Positions 11,070-22,427 of a DNA stretch of 64,000 nt are shown here, piece after piece; the first letter of the stretch is position 1, and every line of letters starts with the position of its first letter. Source of the DNA: an uncultured delta proteobacterium (GTDB lineage: Bacteria; Myxococcota; B64-G9). The notes beneath the pieces are model-generated. The model was not told the origin of the DNA. It worked only from the letters and a program-made list of their open reading frames with translations, and did no database searches. Made by a program: the position numbers and the translations under genes. The stretch is taken from positions 1 to 64,000 of the forward strand of contig CAVWHX010000005.1 in assembly GCA_963754925.1 (NCBI GenBank), read 5' to 3'.

Positions 11070-14000
11070 ATGGATCAAAAAGAAAAAGATATTAGTTTTC
11101 CCTTAAAAGTAATCCAAGCTTTTAAGAAAATGTATAAAGAGATTTCAGACGATACGCTGGAACATGATTTTAGTCCTAGATTTGTAAAATATTTTATTGA
11201 GGGTGTTTTAGGTTATTTGGGAAGTGAGTACGCATTTGAGCGTGGCAGAACTGATATTACTCTTAAAGATGATAGTAACAATCGAGCGGTAGTGATAGAA
11301 ACTAAGCGTCCTCGGGAAACTCTCGATTCAGAAAAATGGCATGATCAGGCGGAGAAGTATGCTGATCCCTCTACTCGATTTATAGGGCTTACAAATGGTT
11401 ATAGGTTTCTTCTATGGGAAGTTTTGAAACAGGGAAAGATTCTTAGAGTTGATATTGATTTTAAAGCTATTATTGAATCAAAAAGGATCAGAGAAGAACA
11501 GCTTTCTACCAAAGAGATTGAGCACTTACTTTTTTTAAACAATACAACAAAACCTCAAATATGGAGTGAGAATAAGTATCTTAAGTTTAGTGATTATTAT
11601 GGAATGATAGATGTTTCCGAAGATTCAGGTTTTGTTAAACTTATGGAACAGCTTGACTATATTTCAAATGCTTTACTTAGGCAATATACTTATTCTGCAT
11701 TTGATGAGTATTATGCTGGTTATTCCCAATACAAAAAGCTGAAGAATGAGCTTGAGGATATTAAAAAAGATAACGGTAATAATGCAAAGCAAATTGCGGA
11801 ACTGGCACGGTTTGAGCTAAAGACTGAGGGTAAGTTCAAGAAACATGCCTCGTTCTCTGGTTACTACATTTGGAAAGCCCTCTCTAATAGATCTGAGGAG
11901 AAGGAGGAAGAAAACAAGCAGATTTTTTGTAAGGAATCCATATATGTTCTTTTGAATAGGTTATTATTTGTGAGAATCTGTGAAGACAAAGATCTCTTGA
12001 AAAATAAAATATCGAATGGGGGTATTGAGCGTCTTCGTGAAGAACTCAGTGAGCCTATAGTTGGCGATTCTGAAGTATTCAAACAGGTGATTAAATTTTC
12101 CTATTCGGGTGCTAAAAAGATATATTATCATTTTTATGAGAAGAACAATCCTCTTGATTGGTATGAGAGCGGTAACGGAGAGCTTGATCATGTTTTGAAT
12201 CGGGTCTTATGGATATTAAATCGAGTTTAACTTTTCAAAGGTTGACCGTGATATTCTTGGTAAGCTGTATGAAAAATATCTTCCAAAAGAAGAAAGAAAA
12301 AAGCTCGGTGAATTTTACACACCCGATGAGGTGATTGATTACATTCTTGATGCCGTTGGGTATATTCCTTCAAAGGCTATTGAAGAAAAGGACATTATAG
12401 ACATTGCTTGTGGTTCAGGGGGCTTTCTTGTTAGGGCAACGAGAAGACTGATAGCCCGGTATGCTGTTAATTTTGGTAAAGCGACACCAAAGGAGGCCCT
12501 AGATAACAAGCGTTGGTCGGAAGTTTACGAGCGGCTAACTTCTAAGGAGTGTGAGGAAATAGTTAACGCGATTGTTATGCGCATACATGGCTTTGATATT
12601 AATCCATTTGCCGTTACCATAACTGAAATGAATTTACTTTTTCAAATAGTTGACTTGTATTATAAGGCAGTGAAGAAAAACCCTTCTTTTTTTATTCCCA
12701 GATTCAGGATCTATGAGACTGATTCTCTTGAAAAACAAAATCCTCAAATAGAGTTGATTCAGCCAAATGGTGATGTTTATAAAAGCATTGCACGAGATAA
12801 GGAGATTGTCGATCAATTAAAACATAAAAAGTACGATTTCGTAGTAGGCAATCCTCCATGGTTAGGAAAGTTGAAAGCTTCAAAACAAGTTGTACCAATA
12901 TACTCTGATTATGTATCGGCAAAGGGGAAATTTGATATTTATATACTCTTTATTGAATTAGGCTCGAAGATGCTTAATAGAAATGGAAAGCTGGGATATA
13001 TAGTTCAAAATCGTTTTCTCAAAGTTGGATATGCCAAACAATTAAGGAACTATCTAGCGAATAATGTATCTTTACAACAACTATTGGACTTCGGGGATAA
13101 AAAGATTTTTTCCGATGCAACCAATTATCCCTGTATTATTATACTACAGAACAGCGCACCGGCCAGTTTTAATTATGCCGAGTTTAAGCCCCGCGCCAAA
13201 GAACTTCCTACTGATAAGTTACTATCTTTAGTTAAGAAGCATTGGGATGTGGAAAATTATAATGATGATTATTTCAAATCGTATACCGTAATGCAAAAAT
13301 CTTTAAAAGATTCTGGTTGGAGTATTGGCGGAATTGCTGTTTCTGATAAGGGATTTTTAATTGAAAAATTGAATGGTTTAAAAACACTTTCTGACTACAC
13401 GGCAAAAATAAGTCAAGGGGTTACTTGTGGCGGTAAAGGCTCTGATAAGATATACTACGTTAAAGATTCAAGTATCGAATCTGCTAATATCGAAGAAACA
13501 CTCTTGAAGAATGTTATTAGAGGTAAGGGTATCAGAAAATACAGTATTTCTGCATTTGCTAAAAAACTTCTCTTTCCTTATGATGAGAGCGGTAAACCTA
13601 TTGATTTGAAGTTATACCCTTTTGCTGCTAAGTACCTTAACCAATTTAAAGACAAGTTAGCTAATAGAGGTTTGGATGGCAAAATCATCAATGAATGGCA
13701 TAAGGAATGGTTTGAGTTATGGAGAGCCAGAGAACCGGACGACTTTAAGGACCGCAAGATTGTTTGTCCGCGTCTGGCTAAATACAACCGTTTTGCAATC
13801 GACGAATCAGGAGCTTATTTATCTGATTCGGCAGTTATAATTATTCCGAAAAATATAAATATATATTTCCTGTTAGGCTTACTTAATTCAAGACTTCTTT
13901 TTGCATATATTTCTCTTATATCACCATTTGTCCAAGGAAAGTATTACAGCTACGGTCAGATCTATATAGAGAGATTGCCTATCAAAGTTCCAATAAACAG

Positions 14001-14175
14001 GCAGGAAGAGGTATTTGCGGAAAAAATAATAACTCTTGTAAAAGAAATTATTAAGCAAAAAAAGAAAGATATAAACACTAAGAATATTGAGACTGAGATT
14101 GACGATGTAGTATATCAGCTTTACGGTATTACTGCTGACAAGGAAATAAAAATAATTGAGGCGGATTGCAATTGA
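11070..14175 (+). CDS. Type IIG fused restriction endonuclease/N6-adenine methyltransferase (Eco57I-like), +1 frameshift near 12225
   Basis: N-terminal PD-(D/E)XK-like RTD...IETK and TNG. The alternative frame continues FNFSKVDRDILGKLYEKYL..ERKKLGEFYTP. Motif I DIACGSGGFL, motif IV GNPPW, TaqI-C-like TRD with LLGLLNS and EIDDVVYQLYG. Confidence 0.9.
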
Positions 14176-14185
14176 AAGAAAACCC

Positions 14186-14326
14186 ATGAAACCGTCTAAA
14201 AAGAAACCCCCTAAGCTACCGCAAGGAGCAACCTTCGATGATACGGTAAGGGCCATGCTTCAAGTGCCCCCTCCGAAAGAAGGTTGGAAGAAATACTTGC
14301 AGGGCTTGAAGGGTAATAAAAAGTAA
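14186..14326 (+). CDS. 46-aa basic small protein inside the IS1595 element
   Basis: Hand translation MKPSKKKPPKLPQGATFDDTVRAMLQVPPPKEGWKKYLQGLKGNKK; below the ORF-track cutoff. Confidence 0.55.
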   Translation: MKPSKKKPPKLPQGATFDDTVRAMLQVPPPKEGWKKYLQGLKGNKK

Positions 14327-14389
14327 TTAAATTGAGCTATTATGAGCTATGGTGGTGAGGGTATTACATTTGTCAAGTGCACAATTACC

Positions 14390-14520
14390 AAAGATTATTA
14401 CCATTTACGTTTAGGAAATCTAAAAGCATTTTCTCCCTTCACCGTCTTGATTTCCGACAGTGCCTACTGAAATTCGGTATAACGTTAATCCTCAAAGCAT
14501 TACTAAGTCAGTAAATGTAA
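14390..14520. repeat. DPP3 upstream duplicate (repeat copy 2, right part)
   Basis: Matches 8234-8364; nearly identical proximally, more diverged distally. Confidence 0.92.
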
Positions 14521-14652
14521 CGAGTTGATTGATCTTGGAAACACGGACCCGGTGCTAACCCGGCTGGTCGGATTGCAATCTGGACTCTCAGTCACCGTAG
14601 CGAACTGCCACGACGTGAACTCAGCCATATTCTTGAGGTTTCATGCCATCAG

Positions 14653-16560
14653 GTGATACGCTTGTTGGGTATGTTTGCTTGGGTAAAATATCTTTTTATC
14701 GAATACGAAAAACAGACTTATTTTTTTGCTGCTGCTTTGGTCTTGGCCGTAATGTTTTGCATCGCTTTCTTTTCATCAAATGGCGCCTTTGGCTACCCCG
14801 GGGATTCCGGAACGTTCGACGAGACGGCTCACATTCCCGCCGGATATGCATATGTGCATGATCTCGATTTTAGATTTAACCCGGACCATCCGCCGCTAGC
14901 CAAAGCTCTTTCCGGTCTGTTCATGGTTTTAGCCGGCATCAAGGGGCCGGAAGACGACGACTCCTGGAATTCCATCGACCAATGGAAGGCCGGGAAATAC
15001 ATGATTTTTAACAACGGTAACCGCGCCGAAGAAATTTATCTTTGGGCTCGGCTTCCCATTATGTTCTTGATGATCGCACTCGGAATCTTTCTGTATACGT
15101 GGTCGGTCAAGCTCTATGGGCAACAGATCGGTTTTCTGCTCCTAACCTTTTTCGCTTTTTACCCCGATATTATCGCGCATGGTCGGCTGGTCACCACGGA
15201 CCTTGTGGCGGCGTTGGGATACGTTATCACGATCTACTATTTCGATAGCGCGATTAGTGACATCACCTTGAAGAATAACATAATAGCCGGCATAGCCTTC
15301 GGTATCGCACTGCTTTGTAAAATGTCCGCGTTGGCCCTGTACGCCATTTTATTTATATTGGTTGTCGTCAAGGCCATTATTGACAAAGACGAAAACAAAA
15401 AAATATCCACTCTCTTTTGGCTCTATTTCAAATCGTATGTGTGGATTTGTGTAATCTCATTTGTTTTTGTCTGGATGGTTTATACGGTGTTCGTTTGGGG
15501 AACTCCGGTCGACGTTGAGCATCGGTTGATTGAGAAATATTTATCGAACGATCCGCGCACGCTGGAAATCAGAAATTTTCTGCATATATTTGAAGGCAAT
15601 CGGCTAACCAGAGGATTGGGACATTATTTTTTGGGAATACTGTACACCATAGGACGAGTCTGGTTTGGGAACATCACCTTTATTTTCGATGAGTTCTCCA
15701 TAAAGATGGTTCCCTGGTACTTTCCGGTTGCCTGGCTTCTTAAGACGCCCATACCAATTATCGTTTTGTTTTTATCCTCGGTTGTCTATATAACCATTAG
15801 ATTTCCAAGAGAGAGGCAAGACCGATGGACCGTCGCGTTGATAGCGACGCCGCTTGCGGTATACTGGGCTATTGCTCTTATTAGTTCTCTCAACATAGGT
15901 ATACGTCATCTTTTGCCGACCGTGCCGTTTGCCCTATTACTAATAGGCTTCCTTTTGAGGAGAGTATTTGAGAGGGGAAGGGGCTTTACGCCCCTCAAGA
16001 TTATCGTTTTCGTCCTCGTGGGTTACCAGATCGTCTCGACGGTATCGAACTATCCTAATTTCATAGCCGATTTTAACGAGGCGACGCCCAGAGCCCAACG
16101 ATATACCAGGTTGGTGGATTCATCTCTTGACTGGGGTCAGGATTTGTTAAGATTAAAGAAATATGTCGAAGATAATAACATCAAAAATATCAAACTTGAT
16201 TATTTTGGCACCGCAGAGCCTGGCTATTACATTCCGGACGTTGAAACCTGGGATTCCGAATATGGCCCGACGATGGGGTGGTTGGCTATTTCGGCTTTTA
16301 ATTATCAAGCCTCAAAATTGCGGGGAGAACTGTATGGAAAATGGTCGTATCAGTGGTTGGATGCAAGAAAACCGGCGGCCATGGTGGGCGGATCGATTTT
16401 TGTTTTTAACATCACCAAAGATGAGTTGGCAAAGCACCCGGCAGAGTCGCCCTATTCCGTTACGAATGTTGTTGAACCCCACTCAGGCAGAAAAGACGCA
16501 CTGTTTATGGACCTACTGGATTATTTTCTCAAGCATCTAACGTTAGATGAGGCCCTTTGA
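14653..16560 (+). CDS. Membrane glycosyltransferase, GT39/GT83 (PMT/ArnT-like)
   Basis: TFDE motif in the first loop, HPPLAK, TTD, multiple TM helices, DSSLDWGQDL. Confidence 0.88.
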   Translation: MIRLLGMFAWVKYLFIEYEKQTYFFAAALVLAVMFCIAFFSSNGAFGYPGDSGTFDETAHIPAGYAYVHDLDFRFNPDHPPLAKALSGLFMVLAGIKGPEDDDSWNSIDQWKAGKYMIFNNGNRAEEIYLWARLPIMFLMIALGIFLYTWSVKLYGQQIGFLLLTFFAFYPDIIAHGRLVTTDLVAALGYVITIYYFDSAISDITLKNNIIAGIAFGIALLCKMSALALYAILFILVVVKAIIDKDENKKISTLFWLYFKSYVWICVISFVFVWMVYTVFVWGTPVDVEHRLIEKYLSNDPRTLEIRNFLHIFEGNRLTRGLGHYFLGILYTIGRVWFGNITFIFDEFSIKMVPWYFPVAWLLKTPIPIIVLFLSSVVYITIRFPRERQDRWTVALIATPLAVYWAIALISSLNIGIRHLLPTVPFALLLIGFLLRRVFERGRGFTPLKIIVFVLVGYQIVSTVSNYPNFIADFNEATPRAQRYTRLVDSSLDWGQDLLRLKKYVEDNNIKNIKLDYFGTAEPGYYIPDVETWDSEYGPTMGWLAISAFNYQASKLRGELYGKWSYQWLDARKPAAMVGGSIFVFNITKDELAKHPAESPYSVTNVVEPHSGRKDALFMDLLDYFLKHLTLDEAL

Positions 16561-16635
16561 AAGGGGTCGCTTCAAAAAACACAGTCAAAGTTCGAGAAAA
16601 AAGTTCTTACTCACACATTCGTGCGGTTGTCGTTC

Positions 16636-17685
16636 TTATACCTTTCTCCCATAAATGTATTTTTGATAAAAAGTCATTTTTTCCAGCAATAGATATCCCC
16701 GATAGCTGAGATAAATGATTGGTATCGTAAGAGCGAGACTCAATAAATCGGTCATATATGATTCAGGCGGCTTGAAGAAAAGGAGAATGCAGTTTTTGAA
16801 TATTACGACTAGTAATATATGAAAGACATAGATGCCGAGGACGTTTCTGCCGATCTTTGTCATAAACGATTCACTGAACGATTCGTTCTTTTCAATGATG
16901 TACATCATGAGAAAAAATGCGAGAGGGATGTTGAAGAAAAAAAACTCCCCGGTGGTCACCTTATAATTAATTACAAACCACGCGCGTTCGATTACCATCA
17001 AGACGAGACAAACAAGGGTCGCCGTCAGGTAGTTGACGCTCTTGGTTTTACTTCTCAGCAGATCGTAATTCTCCCCGATATAGTAACCCAAGGTGACATA
17101 GAACAATCCGAAAAAGAGCGCCATCCGGGGAAAAAGGGGAATAATCATGACATACACGCTGTACGGCTGCCAAAAACCGAAAAGACCCAGAAGATTTAAA
17201 AGCAATGATATCACGAGAAGGATGGTCGAGTTCGATTTGGTTTTGGTGAACAGGTATAAAATAAACACCGAGAGTGCGAGCGCCATCACGTACCACAAGG
17301 GAACCGAACTTATTGATAGCACTCCCCAGAATAGAAACAATGCGGCGTTCCATGACCACGGATCGAAATAGAAGATCTGGGGGGTGACATGAACGAGATA
17401 AAAAAATACATCCATGATGAAGACCAGGGCGATGAAGAACAGAAAGATCCGAAGCGCCCGGCCGATATAATTGAACATATATTTTTTGCGGTCGCGGGCG
17501 GACTGTAACCGTACATAGAGCAAATACCCTGAGGAGGATAAAAAGAACGGGACCGTCCATCGACCGACGGTATTGCCAAAGAAATTGAGATCAATGCTTG
17601 AGAACGTCCAGAAATAACAATGTACCCAGGCGATGTTGATGATTGCAAGGCCTCTGAGAAAATCGATCCCATGGTTTCGTGCCAT
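16636..17685 (-). CDS. Acyltransferase family 3 membrane protein
   Basis: RNHGIDFLRGLAI...VH, VPFF..SSGY, LWY, GIYVFH. Confidence 0.88.
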   Translation of the reverse strand: MARNHGIDFLRGLAIINIAWVHCYFWTFSSIDLNFFGNTVGRWTVPFFLSSSGYLLYVRLQSARDRKKYMFNYIGRALRIFLFFIALVFIMDVFFYLVHVTPQIFYFDPWSWNAALFLFWGVLSISSVPLWYVMALALSVFILYLFTKTKSNSTILLVISLLLNLLGLFGFWQPYSVYVMIIPLFPRMALFFGLFYVTLGYYIGENYDLLRSKTKSVNYLTATLVCLVLMVIERAWFVINYKVTTGEFFFFNIPLAFFLMMYIIEKNESFSESFMTKIGRNVLGIYVFHILLVVIFKNCILLFFKPPESYMTDLLSLALTIPIIYLSYRGYLLLEKMTFYQKYIYGRKV

Positions 17686-17711
17686 AAAACAGGTTCCTCG
17701 TGGTCGGTTGG

Positions 17712-19602
17712 CTACTGCTGCGGTTTCTTGAACATTTGTTCGATGATATCCATCACCAGCGATAGTTTTCTGCCATGATACGGTTCCACCGTTTTCGTGA
17801 TGGGGTAGGGAGAGGTTGGGGGATTGGTTGCGAGATCACGTTCTTCTATGTTGAAAACAAGGATTGATCCGCCGATGATTGCTTTTGGTTTTCTTGAATC
17901 CAACCAGTGGTACGACCATTTCCCGCACAACTCGCCCCTCATCTTTGAGGCCTGGTAATAGGTGGCGGAAATCGCCATCCATCCGGTTGTCGGACCATAT
18001 TCGGAGTCCCAGATTTTAGCGTCGGGGATGTAATAGGTGGGATCGACATTGCCAAAGTAGTCCAACTTGATATCTTTTATGGACGTATCTTCAACGTATT
18101 GTTTAAGCCGTATGAGGTCCTGACCCCAGTCAAGGGACGAATCAACTAACCTCGTATATCGCACGTCTCTCGGGGTCGCCTCGTTGAAATAGGCGATAAA
18201 CTCCGGATAGTATGATACCGTTGACACGATCAGATAAGCCAACAGCACGGAGATCGCGAATTTCTGCGCCGTTATTCTCCATCTCGTTTCGGATATTTTC
18301 CTACAGAAGAAACCGACCAAAAGAAGGACAAACGGCACGGTTGGAATAAGATGGCGAATACCGATATTAAGGGACCCAATCAGTGATGTGGCCCAATAGA
18401 TCATAATCGGCGTTACCAATAGTGCAAGCGTCCATCGGTCATTTTTTTCTTTAGGAAATCTAACGATACAATAACCAATCGATAAAAATACCAGGGCTAT
18501 GATGGGAATGGGCGTTTTCAAGAGCCATGCGACGGGAAAATACCAGACGATTGATCTCAGCGAAAAATGGCCCAAAATAAAGGTAGGAGATCCGAAAACG
18601 ACGCGGCCAATAACAAACATCATACCCAATAAATAATGTCCCACACCGCGGGCGAGAGGATTGTTTTCAAACACATGGAGGAAATTACGAAGCCCGAGCG
18701 TGTCGGGATCGCTGGTCAAGGAAAGTTCAATCAGCTTATGCTCGACCGGTGCGGGAGTTCCCCACACAAATAACGTATACACCATCCAGACAACCACCAT
18801 TGAGATCGAACAGACCCAGAAGTATGTCTTGAAATAAAGCCGCCATGCCTTCCAGAAATGCAGATTTTCTTGTTTCTCAAGGACGGATTTTATGAAAATC
18901 AATATGAATAGAATCAAAAAAAGAACGAGTGCTGAAAACTTGAAAAGCTGAGCCGCCCCAAAGGCCAGACCGGCTCGTACGATGTTTTTCCAGGTCTGTT
19001 CGTTGAGCGCCCGGTTAAAAATAGTAGATAGTAAGCACATACCCGAATGCCGCTGCTACGTCGGTCGTGACCAATCTGCCGTGGGCGATAATATCAGGAT
19101 AAAAGGCGAACAAGATTAATACTACCAATCCTATCTTCCAACCGTAGTCCATAAGCGCCCATCGGTATAAAAATAAACCGAGGCCAATCATCAACAACAC
19201 CATGGGAAGTCTCGCCCAAAAAAATACGGCTTCGGGAGAGTTCCCGCTGTTATAGATCATTCGCCTGCCTGCTTCCCATTGATCGATTGCGTTCCACGAT
19301 TCGTCATTTTCCGGGCCGTTAATACCGGCGAGCACCATGAATAATCCTGAAATGGCTTTGGCAAGCGGCGGATGTTCCGGATTGAACCTGAAATCGAGGT
19401 CGTTCACATAGGCATATCCGGCGGGTATATGGGCAATTTCGTCGCTCGTAGCGGCGTCGCCGTAAATCCCAAAAGCACCCATGGATGAACATATCGCAAT
19501 AAGAAACATGACCGTCAGAATCAAGCCGGGTAGGATACAACGAAAAGCTTTTTCATGGGCTTGAGAGACTTGTATCGGCATGGTCTTGTGCTCTTTTCTC
19601 AA
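17712..19602 (-). CDS. Paralogous GT39/GT83 glycosyltransferase, +1 frameshift in a T5 run at 19017-19021
   Basis: The two ORFs (19015-19602 and 17712-19040) align consecutively with the N- and C-terminal parts of 14653-16560. Confidence 0.88.
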
Positions 19603-19699
19603 CCATAAACCAGATATTCAAGAAAAAAAACTTCCGCCGGCAACCTAGATGGAACCTACTCCGGATATTTGGTTAGAAAAATGGCTCTCAATCCCAAGG

Positions 19700-20019
19700 T
19701 CATGACAACGATAAATTCTATCACGTCCCCGTTAGTATCGGTAGCCATTCTATGAATACGTGCTCGAATCTCCTTATAGATACGTGATCGACCCATTTTG
19801 CCTGGTTTGGATTTCCAACGCAAATAATGACGGAATCCCTGATTCTTGGAGAGTTACCCAGAACGCCCGGTCAGCATTATGAAGTTTGGGACGAGTGTGC
19901 TTGCATTTGAAGATAGCCCGTTGTTGTCTGAGAGCGAGGTTCTCTAGGATAAGATCCTGTTAAGAGCGGAATGCAGCCTGAACAAACCAGAAGATGAGCT
20001 TGAAGACTGAATTGGTCAT
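19700..20019 (-). pseudogene. Decayed 5' part of an integrase-core (rve) transposase
   Basis: Hand translation FRS*QDLILENLALRQQ...RPKL..ADRAFWV then GFRHYLRWKS...GRSRI..EIRARIHRMA; internal stop, deletion and frameshift. Confidence 0.78.
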
Positions 20020-20029
20020 AGCGACAGAG

Positions 20030-20103
20030 TGGTGCGAGCGGCATTATCTGGCAAGATTTCAATGGGGAGTAGGGTAGTGTAGGTGATATGAAAAACACTT
20101 TAT
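20030..20103. repeat. Dispersed IS-end-like repeat, copy 1
   Basis: TGGTGCGAGCGGCATTATCTGGCAAG...GAGTAGGGTAGTGTAGGTGAT aligns with 31635-31740 and 38511-38580; directly upstream of the transposase relic. Confidence 0.8.
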
Positions 20104-20996
20104 GGGCAGTATGCTATCTGGCACGTGCCGGCGGGACATATGAAGTGCGCGCAGCCGTAGCTGCCGTCGCTGCATAGCTGGCAGAGTTGCGGCAGAGGCC
20201 CGGTGCAATCGGCCGCCGTCTTACAACCCGGAATACAGCTGCACTGGACAGAATCCCAGGTCTCTCCCTGCGGACAGGAGAGCAGATTGCACGCGCAATA
20301 CGATATCTGGCATGTTCCAGCTTGACACGTCCAGTGCGGGCAGTTGTCGCCGCCACCAGGGCATAAACGGCACGCGATCAGAGGCAGTGGCCCGGTACAG
20401 TCGGCCGCCGTCAGACATTGAATACAGTTGCCATTTTCGCAGATATTACCAGAAGCGGAGCAATTGGTGGTGTTGACCCAGGCGCCGTTCTGGCAGGTCT
20501 GGACTTCGTTGCCGCTGCACTGCGTCTGGCCGTCAATGCAAGCTGCCGGGACGACACACTTTGTGCCATCAAAGCACATGTTCGGAGGGCAATTGCATAC
20601 TTTTACCTCATGGCTGTTTTCTGAAGAACACCCGCAAGCCCCGACGAGCTGAACAGGACAATTGCATATTTGACCCGCCGGACATACGCAAGGTGTGGTT
20701 GGGCACGTGTTTGGAAAATCCCCAACCGAGAGGCAACACATGCCGGTGCCGACTGTGCCATTGGTGCAAACCGCCAGGGCGAAACACTGACCGTTTTGGC
20801 ACGTATCGCCCGAGGCGGAACAGTCCGTTGTGTTAACCCAGGCGCTGTTCTGGCAGGTCTGGACTTCGCTGCCGCTGCATTGCACTTGACCGTCGGTGCA
20901 CGTCGGCAGCGTGCAGCCTTTTTCGTTGGCTCCGAGGAGAAATGGCAACATTACGAGGACACCGAGAAAGAAGCAGGCGGCAAAACGGGCTTTCAT
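20100..20996 (-). CDS. Secreted cysteine-rich repeat protein
   Basis: GGAGG RBS and signal peptide. Duplicated C.DGQ.QCSG.EVQTCQN.AWVNTT.CSASG and C.TAADCTGPLP..C.LC modules. Confidence 0.85.
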   Translation of the reverse strand: MKARFAACFFLGVLVMLPFLLGANEKGCTLPTCTDGQVQCSGSEVQTCQNSAWVNTTDCSASGDTCQNGQCFALAVCTNGTVGTGMCCLSVGDFPNTCPTTPCVCPAGQICNCPVQLVGACGCSSENSHEVKVCNCPPNMCFDGTKCVVPAACIDGQTQCSGNEVQTCQNGAWVNTTNCSASGNICENGNCIQCLTAADCTGPLPLIACRLCPGGGDNCPHWTCQAGTCQISYCACNLLSCPQGETWDSVQCSCIPGCKTAADCTGPLPQLCQLCSDGSYGCAHFICPAGTCQIAYCP

Positions 20997-21154
20997 GGTT
21001 GGTTGCCTCCTACGCGACAAGAGTAAGAATGAGTACTGTGAGAAAAGCACAGTCGCCAAGCGCTCTACACGTTCAGATTTTTCACACGAATGATATTCTA
21101 ATCTAAGTGTGAGTCTACTCTAATTTCAGTTGTCTTGTAGTGAAGGGATAACAT

Positions 21155-21865
21155 CTATCTCCCATGTCCACCGTGGCCACCGTGGCCTCCTCCACCGGAG
21201 GATCCGCCATGGGACGCAGCAAAACTATGTCCAGCAGGTGCCCTGGACCCAGACCGAGAAGATACGCCAGAACCACCTTGATGTGGTGACGCTGGGTGAC
21301 CTGACGAGACCCGGTCGTAGCCGTGCCACTGCCCGCCGTGCCAGTAGCCACGTCCTCCCCATCCAACGTTGCCGTAATGGCCCACGAAGCCGTGCCAGCG
21401 ACCGTAACCATGGCCATACCAACCGAAGTGCCACGGGCCATAAACACCGAAGAACGGCATGGGTCCCCAACCCCACAACCAGGGCGCAACCAACCAGCAC
21501 CAACCGACGGCCGGATAGTAAACATACATATCCGGCACAGCTCCGTTCGGCGGTACATAGCTATATGCATCTCCGTAAGGCATCCACACCCATCCATATT
21601 GGTCCGTGTAAACCCATTGGCCCGTCGAAGCAACCTGCTGCTCCGAGGCCTCCGGCTCGCCCGACGGAGGAGCAGGAACTTCCGCTGATGGAGGGGGAGG
21701 CAAATTCGTGGGTGCGGGAGAAGGCGGCTGCACCGGTTGTGGTTGGGATTCACCAACCTGAGGCGACTGCACGTTAGCTGCCTGATTATTATCGCTCGAC
21801 CTTGCAACGCCGGGCACCAAAATCGACGCCGCAAAAAAAACTAAAAATCTCGCGAAGGTTTTCAT
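21155..21865 (-). CDS. Secreted Pro-rich/Gly-Trp-rich protein
   Basis: GGAGG RBS, signal peptide, Pro-rich linker, GQWVYTDQYGWVWMPYG, Gly/His-rich tail. Confidence 0.8.
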   Translation of the reverse strand: MKTFARFLVFFAASILVPGVARSSDNNQAANVQSPQVGESQPQPVQPPSPAPTNLPPPPSAEVPAPPSGEPEASEQQVASTGQWVYTDQYGWVWMPYGDAYSYVPPNGAVPDMYVYYPAVGWCWLVAPWLWGWGPMPFFGVYGPWHFGWYGHGYGRWHGFVGHYGNVGWGGRGYWHGGQWHGYDRVSSGHPASPHQGGSGVSSRSGSRAPAGHSFAASHGGSSGGGGHGGHGGHGR

Positions 21866-22427
21866 GACATCACCTCCACATACTATTATATATCTTTATT
21901 GGCCGTGTTCGTCAAGACCACACTAAACGCCATCAATGCCCTTCCCGACATAAGAACTGACCGTGATCCAGGGACCGATTCAGCTCTCTCCGCCGAACAT
22001 CTGTGGTTGGTTTACCATAACGGAACCAACGATGTCGCGATACCCCAGGATACAACCAATGGTTTAGAATATATCGGCGACTATGTGTTTGAGGTCTATG
22101 GAACTTATTGCGATAAAATTAAGTCCGGAGCGATAGGTAACATTCGCATCATCATAGGCTGCTATCCGCCGTATTGACCTTTCATCATTCGTATTAGAAT
22201 CGATAGATTATAGATGAAGGCCGCATACGTTGCCCCATGGATTTCCGGCGACAAAAATATTCAGCCCGGATGATGATGAAAGAAGTAATGAAAATTATTT
22301 TTATGTTACCTCTCTGAATTGCCAGTGGTCTTCAAAGTAACCAGCTGTAATAAAAAGACAATTATTCTTTATATTACTGGCGCAAAACTTGCTTGTTTTT
22401 AATTGGTGGGGGTTGGTGAGGTTAGAA

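Larger units (their letters stand above)
10048..14389 (+). mobile_element. IS1595-family element with passenger genes (4342 bp)
   Basis: 23-bp TIRs GGCAATTATGCACTTGACAAATG (10048-10070) and CATTTGTCAAGTGCACAATTACC (14367-14389), 2 mismatches. 8-bp TSD AAAGATTA at 10040-10047 and 14390-14397. Single AAAGATTA in the empty paralogous site at 8234-8241. Confidence 0.95.

Noticed and set aside
21899..22310. 92-aa ORF/possible gene remnant (likewise 28131-28319)
   Set aside because: No RBS or recognisable motif; cannot be supported as a gene.
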